A stretch of DNA of 64,000 nucleotides, taken from positions 15,314,001-15,378,000 of the forward strand of contig NC_043024.1 in NCBI RefSeq assembly GCF_006345805.1. The letters are read 5' to 3'. The position numbers and the translations under genes were made by a program. The DNA comes from Octopus sinensis (lineage: Eukaryota). The notes under the pieces are model-generated. The model was not told where the DNA came from, did no database searches, and saw only the letters and a program-made list of their open reading frames with translations. Below, one piece after another: positions 52,024-64,000 of the stretch. Positions within the stretch are counted from its first letter, which is position 1. Every line of letters begins with the position of its first letter.

Positions 52024-54665
52024 TTAAAATTTTATTAAAAATTTGCTAAAAGAAGAAATAATGTTACCTACACTATTAGTGGTAGAATAACCTACTCCAA
52101 AGTTATTACTAGAGAAAAATTTTTTATATTTACGATTATCATGAATAAATTGTTCAATAATATCTAAAATCTCTTTAATAATGTTCGTTTTAACTTGAGC
52201 ACCATAAGGAACAATTAACCAAATTTTATTCTTATTTTTTTTATTATTATTATCACTATCATTCTTCTTCTTCTTATTATTATTATCATTATTATAATTA
52301 ATCATATTATTATAACCATTATTATTACCATGAACATTATTATTACCATTACTATTATTATATTTCTTTATAATATTATTAAATTTAAATTTATAATTAC
52401 AATTAACTGTCATGCCTTTGGATGTCAGAAGTGAAAGAAGAAAAATCTGACGTCATTTTGGCGTCACACTTTTTCTCGTCCATCTTCGTTTCTTTCCGTA
52501 TAATTTACGCAAAATCAAAAACGCGTGTAAATATATCAAATTAAAAAACGCAAATTATTTAGAATGTAAAAATCAAATATATCAAATTAATAAACGCAAA
52601 TTATTTTCAAATATCATTTTCAACGGTGAGATTATCAAAATATAAACTTGAAGTTAAGTTTAAAAATAAATGCGATACTCATTCTGTCTTGATACTTATA
52701 CTCAAACACATGGATATAGCTGTCGAATTTGCTCTATCAACTTCCCGAATATATCGTCCTTAAATTCATAGCGCCACATGAATTCGATGAGATGGGTCTG
52801 AAGTAAATTTCTGGCTGTTCCACATTCTCTTCTATTTCGAGTCTTTACGTGTTTCCATAAACATTCTATGTGGTTGGTTGTGGCAAATGTTACCGGATCA
52901 ACAAAATTTATTGAATGATTCACGGTCAAATGTCTGTATCCTAGCTGACTGAGTGTATTATACGAACGCCAAAGGTCGGAAATTATTGTTGTACCAGGCA
53001 ATATACGCTCTCGTATAATCTGTAAAAGAGTGTCCGCTGTCCGATCTTCCACTGCCACTAAAATACATCTTCTGGTATCTCTTTCTAAAGCACCAAACAC
53101 CCACTGCGTTTTAACCCGATGGCCAACATGATATTTTCTCCTAACAAACGCGGTTTCATCTATCTCTACGATTCTGTTGGGTCCTCCCAGCTTAATATTC
53201 TGTGCAACATAATATTCTGCACATACATCGCGGCAAAAATTCCTCCAATCTGTCACGGCTACATTTGCTAAATGACATTCCTGTCCTATTCCTTTTGCTA
53301 AATCTTCTTTGGCCCAGTAAAACAAAATATCTATGATTTGTTGACACTTCAATTTGCTATTTTCTAAAAATGTTCCTTTTCTAATTGACACGGATTTTCT
53401 ACAAGGCCTTCCACACGACCATATTACTTCATCAGATATACTTTTTTCCCTACTTCACTCATGCTAGCTCCACACGATGTACATATTTTCTGGGTATTCA
53501 AAAGGCCATGTCTCTTTAGCCAATTAATGCTATCTGCTGTTGTAGCAGTGGAGACGGCAATATCGCGGTGACTAATTCCTCTTAAACTTGGATATGCAAA
53601 AGCCATATTAAAAATTGTTTAGCACGTGTCGATATCACACTGAAAGTTTCTAACTGAATAAATTTCAAAGTTTGAATTACGCACGTGGAGGTCAGTGGTC
53701 ATTCTGATTGGTGTATGTAATCGCGGTGATGGTCATGGGGGTTCATTTGTGCAGATTTTGGTGTGATTTCTTTTTTAAAAACAATAATGAATAATGCAAG
53801 AATAAATATAATATATTAATATTATTATTATCATTATTATAATTAATCATATTATTATAACCATTATTATTATTACCATTATTACTATTATTAAATTTCT
53901 TTATAATATCGTTAAATTTAAATTTATAATCATAATTAACATTTAATGAATTATTAAAGTTAATCTTACTTTTAATTTTATTCTTATTTTTATTTATATT
54001 TTTATAATTACTAAATTTTCTACTAATATTACTAACAAAATTATTATAATTATTAATATTTTTATCTTAATTTTTAATAAAAAATTTAATATTACTATTA
54101 TAACCTGCCTCTCTTAGGGCCTCATTGTAATAAGGTGCATGTTTATTAAAAATCTCTAATTCATAAGAAAGTAATGGTATACGTTTACTTATATTATTAA
54201 TCAACGATTTTTAATTGATGGTGGGTGATTACTAATAACATTTATATAACTAAGGCTTTCATTCAGTTTATGATATGGTTGTGTTTTACCCGTAATTAGA
54301 TTAAAATTACCATCTAAATAATCAACATTAAAATATTCATTATATATAGTAATACTTAAACCATATCTCTTAAAGAAACTAGAAAGTTCTTTCTTATAAA
54401 ATTCTAGGTTATTATTAGTGCAATTCTTAGTAATTAATAAAAGCTCATCCCTTTATAAACCATCCTCTATTTTTAAATTTTCTAATTGAAGTTCAGATAA
54501 TTGATAAATACCTACCAAATCCATAGCTTGTGCAGAATCGGGTGCCCCCATAGTTGTATCAAAATAATCCCTAGTATCCTTCCAAGCCCATAATTTATTT
54601 TTGTATCTAATAAACAATTTCCTAGCCATTTTAATTATATCAACCTCTTCAAAAGTCATTCCCAC
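52024..54665 (-). mobile_element. Degenerate AT-rich Penelope-like element RT region, interrupted by the Merlin segment
   Basis: [55 protein letters not shown], then IWLIVPY...VKTNI.K..L...VGYST. Confidence 0.85.
52702..53606 (-). mobile_element. Merlin/ISXO2 (IS1016-like) DDE transposase, single frameshift
   Basis: LGGPNRIVEIDET, QWVFG, VEDRTADTL..II...I.PGTTIISDLW.SY, HLTVNHS.NFVDP.T..TTNHIE..W. The N-terminal ORF 53424-53606 (CTSC) joins via one extra base in an A6 run to give ~301 aa. Confidence 0.9.
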
Positions 54666-54669
54666 TTTA

Positions 54670-54730
<61 letters not shown>

Positions 54731-54757
54731 ATAAATGTATATATATATATATCTTTA

Positions 54758-54818
<61 letters not shown>

Positions 54819-55789
54819 ATGTATATATATATGGCAAGTGTCAAGGCCAGTGTTAGTTATTTATTACTTAACTTTCAGATCCTCTGTGTCAATCAGCAGG
54901 GGATATTAAGGAACGCCTACAAACCCTTTCAATATCAATCCACTTGAGACAACCCCCTGCTTCTCTGTTAAAATCTTTCTATTTTAAAGTGAGTTCCACT
55001 AAAAACTTCCATGTTAACGTATGTTCAAAACACTAGTTATTTTACTAAATTCTTATTTTGAAAATAATTAATTTCAACGAAACCATTTTGCTTTATCAGA
55101 AATATGGTAACAAAAGTGATAATAAAAATAAGGAATTATTTTACAAAATTCTTCCTTATTTTCAAAATTAATTGAAGCAAAGTTGAAGTATTGCAATAGA
55201 AATAGGGTAACGAAAGGGTTAATAATAACAAAGTAGTTTTACTAAATTCTGCATTATTTTCATATTCTAACAGAAATGTGTTAATAAATGGCTTAAGTTA
55301 GTATTTGCATATTCTGTCTGCAATCTTCCAATCTGAAATCTACTTTCACTATTATAAGTTTGTTATTAACGGTAACATAATGTTGCCCTAAACTGTCATG
55401 TAACCATAAAATTTGGCTAAAAATTGCTTTTTGTGTGATTTGAACTTTAATAAAGAACTTTAAATAAAACACTGGTCTGTTGGCTTTGTTGAATTTTTGA
55501 CAATGTTTTTTCATAACAGCCCAACTGCATCATTTATTTACTCCATCATTCATCTATTTCCATTGGTTCCAAAGTTCATTTATCTGCTGCTTTAATGGGT
55601 TTTCTTTCTTTTGTTTTGTTTTCTCACCCCCACCTCACCCCCAATTACCCCCACTTTATCTGCCTTGTTCTACTATTCCTCTGTAAATTACCAAATTAGT
55701 CAACTGGAATTTTTCCATTGTATTCTTTGACCATTTTAATACCTGCCCATCCAACTTCATTCGCTCCTCTTAATATATTCCCTTTATTT

Positions 55790-56100
55790 TCTCCACTGGA
55801 CAGACTACATTGACAGACTTTGGGATGATAGAATCCCACAGAAAGCTCTGTTCTTGCAAAATGACTGATGGCTATTGAAACATTTGTAGGATCAAACTGA
55901 GGTTTAAGGACAGTGTTAAGCAGTGTCTACCTATCCCTAATTGACAAGCAAAGAAACTCATTGAACCAATGGATCTAAATTTGGTAATTTAGAGAAAGTC
56001 GGATAACACTCATGGCTAACAAGGATATAAAGTCAACAGGGAATTTTAAATGCTATCACATGACCTGGTGGAATACAAACATAAAATCTCACCACGATTT
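55790..56100 (+). mobile_element. Old RTE/BovB-like LINE 3' fragment
   Basis: WTDYIDRLWDDRIPQKALF...LRFKD resembles the RTE C-terminal W.GH..RM.D.R.PK motif. Confidence 0.55.
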
Positions 56101-57229
56101 TATACATAAAAGTGTGTATAATTTGTGAATACACTATGTCAGAAATAATACTGGACTGTCAAGGCTGGATTGAGTCTGAATGTAGCTGCAGGGGAAAAGA
56201 ATATTTACAAAGAAAAATATCCTATATTAGCTACAAGAAGAATTTACAAGAAAGATGTCCCCTGTTTATAAATAACATAAGTATTATTAGGGTTTAACTT
56301 CTATACGAAGAGGTGGGTTGATAGGGATCATTTCATAGACATCTATTGATGAACTAGGTATTTGCATTCACATAATAAATATGAATATTTATGGTTACAA
56401 GCAAACACCTGTTGGTGTTTAGGGATTTAGACAAAATCCCTTTATAGGCGTAGGAGTGGCTGTGTGGTAAGTAGCTTGTTTACCAACCACATGGTTCCGG
56501 GTTCAGTCCCACTGCGTGGCATCTTGGGCAAGTGTCTTCTACTATCGCCTCGGGCCGACTAAAGCCTTGTGAGTGGATTTGGTAGACGGAAACTGAAAGT
56601 AGCCTGTCGTATATATGTATATATATATGTGTATATGTATGTATGTGTATATGTTTGTGTGTCTGTGTTTGTCTCCCTAGCATTGCTTGACAACCGATGC
56701 TGGTGTGTTTACATCTCCGTCTCTTAGTGGTTCGGCAAAAGAGACCGATCGAATAAGTACTGGGCTTACAAAAGAATAAGTCCTGGGGTCGATTTGCTCG
56801 ACTAAAGGCGGTGCCCCAGCATGGCCGCAGTCGAATGACTGAAACAAGTAAAAGAGTAATGGTACTGAGGGAGCTAGGCAAACAATTAGCAAGTTTTTAT
56901 GGAGCTTTAAAAACATTTATTATGGTCTATGGGTGTTTAGGGAGCTAGACAAACACTAATTAGGCAAATTTATGTTGGGGTTGAAAGCCAAAATATTTAT
57001 TATAGATAATGGTGATTTGGGAGATAGAGAGACCCTTATTAAAGACAGAGGTGTATAGGGAGCAAGACAAAAATTTCATTACAAATCATCATGTTTAGGG
57101 AGCTAGAGAAGCAGTTATTTGAGAGACTGCTTCTTAGGGAAGACAATTATGTTCAGGGAGTTAGAAAAACATTTAATGTACAGAATGATTTTTAAGGAGT
57201 TAAACAAACAATTATTATAGACAATGGTA

Positions 57230-57690
57230 TTAACCCTTTAGTATTCAGACTACTCTTCCAAATATAATTCTTATTTATTCACATTATTTTCAATTAATCC
57301 TGCATTATCTCATAACTGTGAGATTTCAATGATGTGATTAATAATTTTTAGAATGACATTTTAGGGATGACATGAGAGCCCAGATCTAGCCAATTTCAAC
57401 ATAAAACAAGTTAACTAATTTAGCAGGTGCTGTGGAAGGATACTGACCACCTCTCAAGTCACTAAAAAGTGGGCTGATTCATTGTTATAAAACAAAGAAC
57501 TGTGAGCACTTGGCAGTTCGTGTTGGTAGTAGTTCACTGCGAGCTGTTGATTTATAAAGTTTAGGCTCATGTAATAGTATTTGTAGTGTGTCATGTATAT
57601 ACTTTCTTTCCCTCTTGCTTCGTTATATTATATATCTAAATACAAAGATATAAAATCTGGATATGGCCAGTTTGAATGCTAAAGGGTTAA
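57230..57690. mobile_element. piggyBac-type non-autonomous element
   Basis: TTAA TSD with TIRs CCCTTTAGTATTCAGAC / GTTTGAATGCTAAAGGG. Confidence 0.82.
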
Positions 57691-57849
57691 GCAAGCTAGA
57701 CAAACTGTTATTTAGGGAGCAAGACAGTTATGGGTGTTTAAGGAGAAAGTGTGAATATTGGTTCAACACAGAAAATAACATTGTTCCTCTGAGCCACTGA
57801 GCACTTTTGACTGCCAAGACACCATTTTTACCACTTATCAATATTGACA

Positions 57850-58500
57850 AGTGTACAAGAAAGATTTAGCTATCATATCTATCCTACGGCATCCAGTTCT
57901 TGAAGTTATGATGCAAACAGTTCTGATTAACACAAGAATTGTTGGCTTCAGTTGACCAGCAAAGAACTGAATCTTGCACAGTTGATCTTACACCTCTTTG
58001 CCAGACAGTCTTCCAGATAGTCTTTTGGGAACTATTGAGTGCCCAAAAGAAGGTTAGCATCATCTTTCCCAGGAAAATTGAGTCTTGACTTTCTTTGGTG
58101 TTGGCAAGCCAGGTTGTTTCTACTTCTGTCTTTTAGATTCTGCCTCATAAAAATGGACCCACATTTAATCTGTGATTATTCTGTTCAAAAAATTCCTCAC
58201 TCTCATTGTTGTATATCTCAGCAAACCTCAAGACATTTGCCCTTTGCCCTGCGGCAAGCTCCCTTGGTACTCATCTTGCACATACTTTATGGAAGCTGAG
58301 CTCATCGTGGATGATTTGATGGGCAGAACCATAACTAATCTGCAGAAACTGAGCTACCTCCTCATTAATCACTTGCTAGTTCACCATTAGGATCTCTTGA
58401 GCTTGCTGAATCTTCTCCGATGAATTTCAGCACCTGACACAACTTCCAACCAGAGAAATCAGACCACAACTTTTTGGTCTTCTTCGGTGCAGATTGCTAG
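57850..58500 (-). mobile_element. Degenerate mariner transposase remnant
   Basis: Minus strand KQPGLPTPKKVKTQ..GKMMLTFFW resembles the mariner P.PKK.K...SAGKVM.TVFWD block. Confidence 0.65.
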
Positions 58501-59902
58501 TGGAGTGGCCTTGCTTACACTGTGAAGCCAGAAAGAAAAATGGTGCAATGAGACCCAAACTTCGATCATGTGGCCACAATAGTAACAACTATAAGCATGC
58601 ATGCGCAGAAGGCAGTGTGACAATAATAAAGATAAAAATCCCGTTCTGTGTGTGTGTGTGAATGTGTGTAAAAGATTATAACGGCTGTATTGTTCAACTG
58701 ATTTTCTCCAAACTGGGAACATACATCACTTACGTTCAAGGGATGGTTTTAGACTCTTAAAATTTTTCACATAATGAGTATTGGTACCCTTGGGGGCAGA
58801 AAACACCCTTTCCTGAGTTACGTGGAGAAGGGAGGTAACCCTTTGTTATGGTGAAAGCATGGATGATTTTTGACTTTTCATATGTATGTATGTGTGTACT
58901 TACATTTGTATTATTTGTATAAATGTATGTATATAAGTATTCATGTTTGGATGTATGAATGTAAAGGTCTTTGAACACTTTCATCAGAGATGTCTGAGAC
59001 ACATTCTGAAAGTTGGCTGGAGCTTAAAAAATCCGGACTTACAGGTCCTGAGGAAATCGGTTACGTTGAACTTGACACCTTATTTGAATGAAGGATAGCA
59101 GCATCCCTAAACATGCTATATGGGGAACTTGTTAGTGGAAAGAGACATTGTGAGAAACCAAGGCTATGATTTGCAGGAGACTGACTGGGAGATTCTATAA
59201 CATATACGATCCATAATATACTTCAGATCATGTGAGGAGTAGGTTCCGAGAAGTGTGAATTGTAAATAAATAAATAAATAAATAACAACAGATGGCTGAT
59301 GTGGCAATTCACTACAGCTGTTTCCAACGAATTTCTAATTGATTAATGGAGTCATTGCATCATTACAAAAAAACCATTTTAATCAACATTGATTCATGAA
59401 ATGTGGTTCTTGCATTTACCTGACAAAAGCAGTTTTTCTAATCATGTAATAGAAGACATTTGCCCAAGGTGCCATGCAGTGGGACTGAACCCGGAATCAT
59501 GTTGTTGAGAAGCAAGCTTCTTACCACACAGCCATGCCTGCAGTGATTTTAGAAAAAGACTGTGAATCTGTTTCAGTCATCACCATAGTCAAATCTACAG
59601 CCTGACAATATTGTGACAGATAGAAACATTTCAAACATTGTCATTCATTTTAATTCTCTTGTCAGTATTGTGTTGAATAACAATAAACTGGACCATGGGT
59701 TCAAAACTCACATGCCTAAAGATTTATCATTATCATAGACGCAGGAGTGGCTGTGTGGTAAGTAGCTTGTTTACCAACCACATGGTTCCGGGTTCAGTCC
59801 CACTGCATGGCACCTTGGGCAAGTGTCTTCTACTATAGCCTCGGGCCAACCAAAGCCTTGTGAGTGGATTTGGTAGACGGAAACTGAAAGAAGCCCATCG
59901 TA

Positions 59903-59942
<40 letters not shown>

Positions 59943-61479
59943 TGTGTGTGTTTGTGTGTCTGTGTTTGTCCCCCTAGCATTGCTTGACAACCAATGCTGG
60001 TGTGTTTGTGTCCCCGTTACCTAGCGGTTCGACAAAAGAGACCGATAGAATAAGTACTGGGCTTACAAAAAGAATAAGTCCCGGGGTCGAGTTGCTCGAT
60101 TAAAGGTGGTGCTCCAGCATGGCTGCAGTCCAATGACTGAAACAAGTAAAAGAGAAAGAGAGAGTCAAGGCTGGAATGAGTTTGAATGCAGTTACAGGAG
60201 AAAAGAATATTTAGAAAGTAAAATCTCCTGTATTTAGCTACTGTTTCTGAATAACATAAATATTATTAGGGTGCACAAAGGAGTGGAATGATGGGGATCT
60301 GTTATAGATAGATGTCTATAGATAAAACTAGAGGTCGGTATTTACATTTGCATATTAAACAGGGATATTTAGGATTCTAAGCAAACACGCATTGCAGATA
60401 TTGGCGTTAAGGGGTTTAGACAAAACCCCATTAAAGACAATGATATTCAGGGAGATAGGCAAACAATTAGCATGTGTTTAGAGAGCTTGGCAAACATTTA
60501 TTATGGGCAATGCATCTCTAAGGGAGCTAGACAAACATTGATTATATGAATTTATATTTGGGATGTTACAAGAGGTAGAAAAACAATTATTAAAGGCAAT
60601 GGTGTATAGGGAGCATTTTACAGACAAGAAAGTAAGTTTTGAACGTAGGCGCAGGAGTGGCTGTGTGGTAAGTAGCTTGCTAACCAACCACATTGTTCCG
60701 GGTTCAGTCCCACTGCGTGGCATCTTGGGCAAGTGTCTTCTGCTATAGCCCCGGGCCAACCAATGTCTTGTGAGTGGATTTGGTAGGCGGAAACTGAAAG
60801 AAGCCCGTCGTATATATGTATATATATATATGTGTATGTGCATTTGTGTCTGTGTTTGTCCCCCTAGCATCGCTTGACAACCGATGCTGGTGTGTCTATG
60901 TCCCCATCACCTAGCGGCTCAGCAAAAGAGACTGATAGAATAAGTACTGGGTTTACAAAGAATAAGTTCCGGGGTCGATTTGCTCAACTAAAAGGCAGTG
61001 CTTCAACATGGCCACAGTCAAATGACTGAAACAAGTAAAAGAGTAAAAGAGTAAAGACAGTATAGCTGTGAAAAAGCATAAAGATTTGGTGTGTCACACT
61101 TATGAGATGGAAAACGTTGTCAGCAGATGAGATACCAGCTGAGTACTTTACTATTAAGCTAAACAGCTAACTGGAAACAATCACCGTCAAATGCTAAATA
61201 TAAAAATTTGTTTATTACACATATCAACATTTCATTAGAAATACTACAATGCTCCAGGTTTATCTTTCTTATTAGAGATTTTAAATATTTACACATAAGT
61301 CTGTTGCAGTTACTTTAGAACAAACTGAAAATTCAACATTTCCAGAACTTCAATGTCTGTTATCCAAGAGTTGAAATAGTTTAGACATCTTCTTTGATAC
61401 TTATATGCTTGTTCATTTTTCAATTCATTTTTTGTAGAGTTTGCTGACAAAGTTTTACACCATTAGGCTTCCACATCTT

Positions 61480-62140
61480 TAGCACATATTAATTAGCTCT
61501 GTTGGCGGAAATTTATTTTCATCTGCTAGCTTTTTATGCCAGTTACCAAGAGGTAATTGTTTGATGTGAATGTTGCTTGGGTATCTATTTCAACTTTGTG
61601 TTGTGATATGAATGTAGCTTCTATGACTAATATTTTTTGTTGTGAGGAATTTTATTGATTGTGCAAGTATTATATTTCAGAATTTTTTTATCTAAGTATG
61701 TTTTGTAGTGTCAAACAGAATTATGTTGTAAATGCATAGTGAGCCATCAAGAGAGTGTTGTTCAAGTATGTCCAAAGATGTGGAGTCCTGAAGGTGGTCA
61801 TTAATAGTTTGGGTTTACATATTTGTAATTTGTTATTGATAAAAAGATTTGTGGTTTTGGGTTCATATTGTATATTATTAATTTTAGTTTATGCTCCCTT
61901 GTGATGCATTTTGTGTTGTGTTCTATAAAGCTTTTGATTACGTATTCGTCTATTTGTTATTTGTTATGTATTTGATTTTTATAATAAATTTTAAGTTTGA
62001 TTTGTGTATGTTCATTGGATGTATTCTCTGATGTATTTGTTGTATAATATTTCTGACTCTGTCTACTACTCTCTTGGAATACACATTGCGGATTTCTTTC
62101 TCTTGTGCCTCATTTGTGGACAAAAACTTGTTGACCACCA
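61480..62140 (-). mobile_element. Penelope/Poseidon-like 3' remnant (GIY-YIG region)
   Basis: IFGHT*TTLS*WLTMHLQ and LVIEATFI resemble YIG.T.TTLSRRLTMH and L.I.EA.I motifs; 62000-62110 is homologous to 21300-21400. Confidence 0.6.
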
Positions 62141-62199
62141 CTAGGCACGGTCTGTTATGCTCCAGCACCTGATCTGTTTGGATTGGGAAATACCAGATG

Positions 62200-63320
62200 A
62201 TTTTGCTAGTCACTGACTCTGCCATTCTCTGCCACGCCTGTACTCATACCATGTCTTGCCTCTCTCTAGACTCCACTTTTTGTACATTTTCCAATGTAGC
62301 ACTTCACTACCTGGTCATGTTGCTATAACATGTAGCAGTTTTGGGCAAGTATAGGGCATTCGTTCATGATATGAGCAATGGTTTCATCAACACTATTGCA
62401 GATACAACACAATGGAGACACTTGATCATTCCTAAGGTTGATCCTCCACTTCGTGTCCAGAGCTTGGTTCTGCGCTGCCAGTATAGTGCTCTTGGTCACT
62501 TTTTTAGGGTTCCTTTCATCAGCCAATACCTCCTATTATTTCCAGCAACTTCTGTAATGGCTATATGGAACTGATTATGTAGCCCCTTCTTGTGTAATTC
62601 ATCATCGTCATTGTCATCGTCATCATCATCATCATCGTCATCATCATCATTATTCGTTCGTAACACAGTGTAGGTAAAAATGCACCAGAGTCTTTAGTCA
62701 TCTGTCAATTCACAACAAGGTCCTCAGACAGATGATACTTACTTTAAAATGTGCGCTGTGCCCAATAAGGCTACTTTTTGCTAAACATCAATCTTGCATG
62801 GGATTTCCAGTTGCCTTAAGCAGTCTTGAAGTTTCAATGGGATTGAACCCAACACTCCGATCATCCCTGGTATCACTTTTACATTACCCTCTCACATTCC
62901 ATAGTCTTGCCATTTCCGCTTTCAATTCGGAGTACTTGGTGATTTTTTCAATCTCTTTACTCACAACATTCATGTCATTTGGAATAGATGCATCAATGAT
63001 CTGGCAGTATTTGTCTCTCTAATTCAGAATGACAATATCCAGCCAGCAGTGTTCGATTACACGATCCGTCTGAAAATCATAGTCCCAGAGTAACGTTACT
63101 TTTCCATCCTCCTTCTCTGGGTACATGCTCCTACCAGTCCTCTGTTATTTCATATTGGTATTTACAGCTTAAGAGCCAATGACGATACACCCGTACACTT
63201 TATTGTAACGTGGTTGTAGTCTTTTTGTGCAAGTCTCTTACATCCACTTACCAAGTGGGTCACACTTTCCATACTTTTTCCAGAGTCTGCATTCCTGGGT
63301 GTCAGAAATTTTATAGATGT
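62200..63320 (-). mobile_element. Two R4/Dong-type RLE LINE fragments
   Basis: ILAAQNQAL...CCICNSVDETIAHIMNECPILAQ (62323-62526); a second fragment with WDYDFQTD / WLDIVIL / QIIDASIPND motifs at 62700-63230. Confidence 0.75.
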
Positions 63321-63329
63321 TATATTTCA

Positions 63330-63757
63330 CTGACTTATTATTACTGAGTGAGAGAGCAGTGCATGCTATCAAAGTGACACTTGGGTACAAATATTCAAAG
63401 CCCAGTATACCCATCTGATAAGGGTACACTAGGCACATGCATCACAACCATATGTGCATGACATGGTGATCTCATATCAAGACAAACTGCACATGACTTT
63501 GCAGGTGGAGCCTAGCTAGAATTTTGTTCAGGTCGAGTAGTCTATCCTGATCAAAAGGTCCCCGAATAAGGGTTGTTTAAGGATGTAGAACGAAACACCC
63601 ATGTTTCCGAAGGGGAATTATCCAAAAGGTGTCTTCCTCTCAACACATGGCTATGATGCTCCCCCACTACTTCTGATTGTGATCAGAGATGCACATATCG
63701 TTAGCCACTAAGGGACATGCTCAACTGATTAAGGTCAAACAATTGACAGGCAAATCT
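63330..63757. mobile_element. Reverse-orientation copy of the (AAT)n-flanked element, interrupted by a family-A SINE at 63758
   Basis: Reverse complement of the 17880-18500 body without the nested insert. Confidence 0.8.
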
Positions 63758-64000
63758 CTTTACTCTTTACTCTTTTACTTGTTTCAGTCAATTGACTGCG
63801 GCCATGCTGGAGCACCACCTTTAGTCGAGCAAATCGACCCCGGGACTTATTCTTTGTAAGCCCAGTACTTATTCTATCGGCCTCTTTTGCCGAACTGCTA
63901 AGTGACGGGGACGTAAACACACCAGCATCGGTTGTCAAGCAATGCTAGAGGGACAAACACAGACACACAAGCATATACACACACATACATATATATATAT

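Noticed and set aside
53441-53450. Programmed -1 frameshift in the Merlin transposase
   Set aside because: G_AAA_AAA in the zero frame is not a canonical X_XXY_YYZ heptamer; a homopolymer deletion or sequencing error is simpler.
56866-57220. CRISPR-like repeat-spacer array
   Set aside because: Eukaryotic context, degenerate repeats of irregular length, and no cas genes.

Overview
AT-rich, microsatellite- and transposon-dense animal genomic DNA, most likely an octopod cephalopod (inferred from recalled SINE/RTE repeat families; not verified). The only host genes are three highly divergent two-exon actin-related genes. Copy 1 is on the minus strand (exon 1 10615-10737, exon 2 4609-5562; 358 aa, degenerate C-terminus). 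Copy 2 is on the plus strand (23032-23154 + 32226-33212; 369 aa), as is copy 3 (40345-40467 + 48802-49788; 369 aa). All three have a phase-0 GT-AG intron after codon 41, the classic actin intron position. Copies 1 and 2 lie head-to-head in an old inverted duplication; copies 2 and 3 lie in a recent ~17 kb tandem duplication (about 18500-35459 and 35720-52065). The proteins keep the actin ATP-binding core but have a remodelled D-loop, His73->Arg, His161->Gln, a subdomain-4 deletion and no terminal Cys-Phe. Divergence is inverted relative to expectation. Exon 2 of copies 2 and 3 differs more than the adjacent 3' flank (hand count 35 nonsynonymous vs 10 synonymous changes). A ~540 bp upstream non-coding tract is ~99% identical between copies 1 and 3, although exon 1 of copies 1 and 2 is only ~75% identical. 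The remainder is transposon-derived: RTE LINEs with a PHD-like finger inside the RT, several SINE families, R4/Dong-type RLE LINE fragments and an uncharacterised ~580 bp element nested in (AAT)n arrays, Penelope-like remnants, Tc1/mariner and piggyBac-type relics and MITEs, and a near-intact Merlin/ISXO2-like transposase. All identities and counts are by eye; no searches were run.
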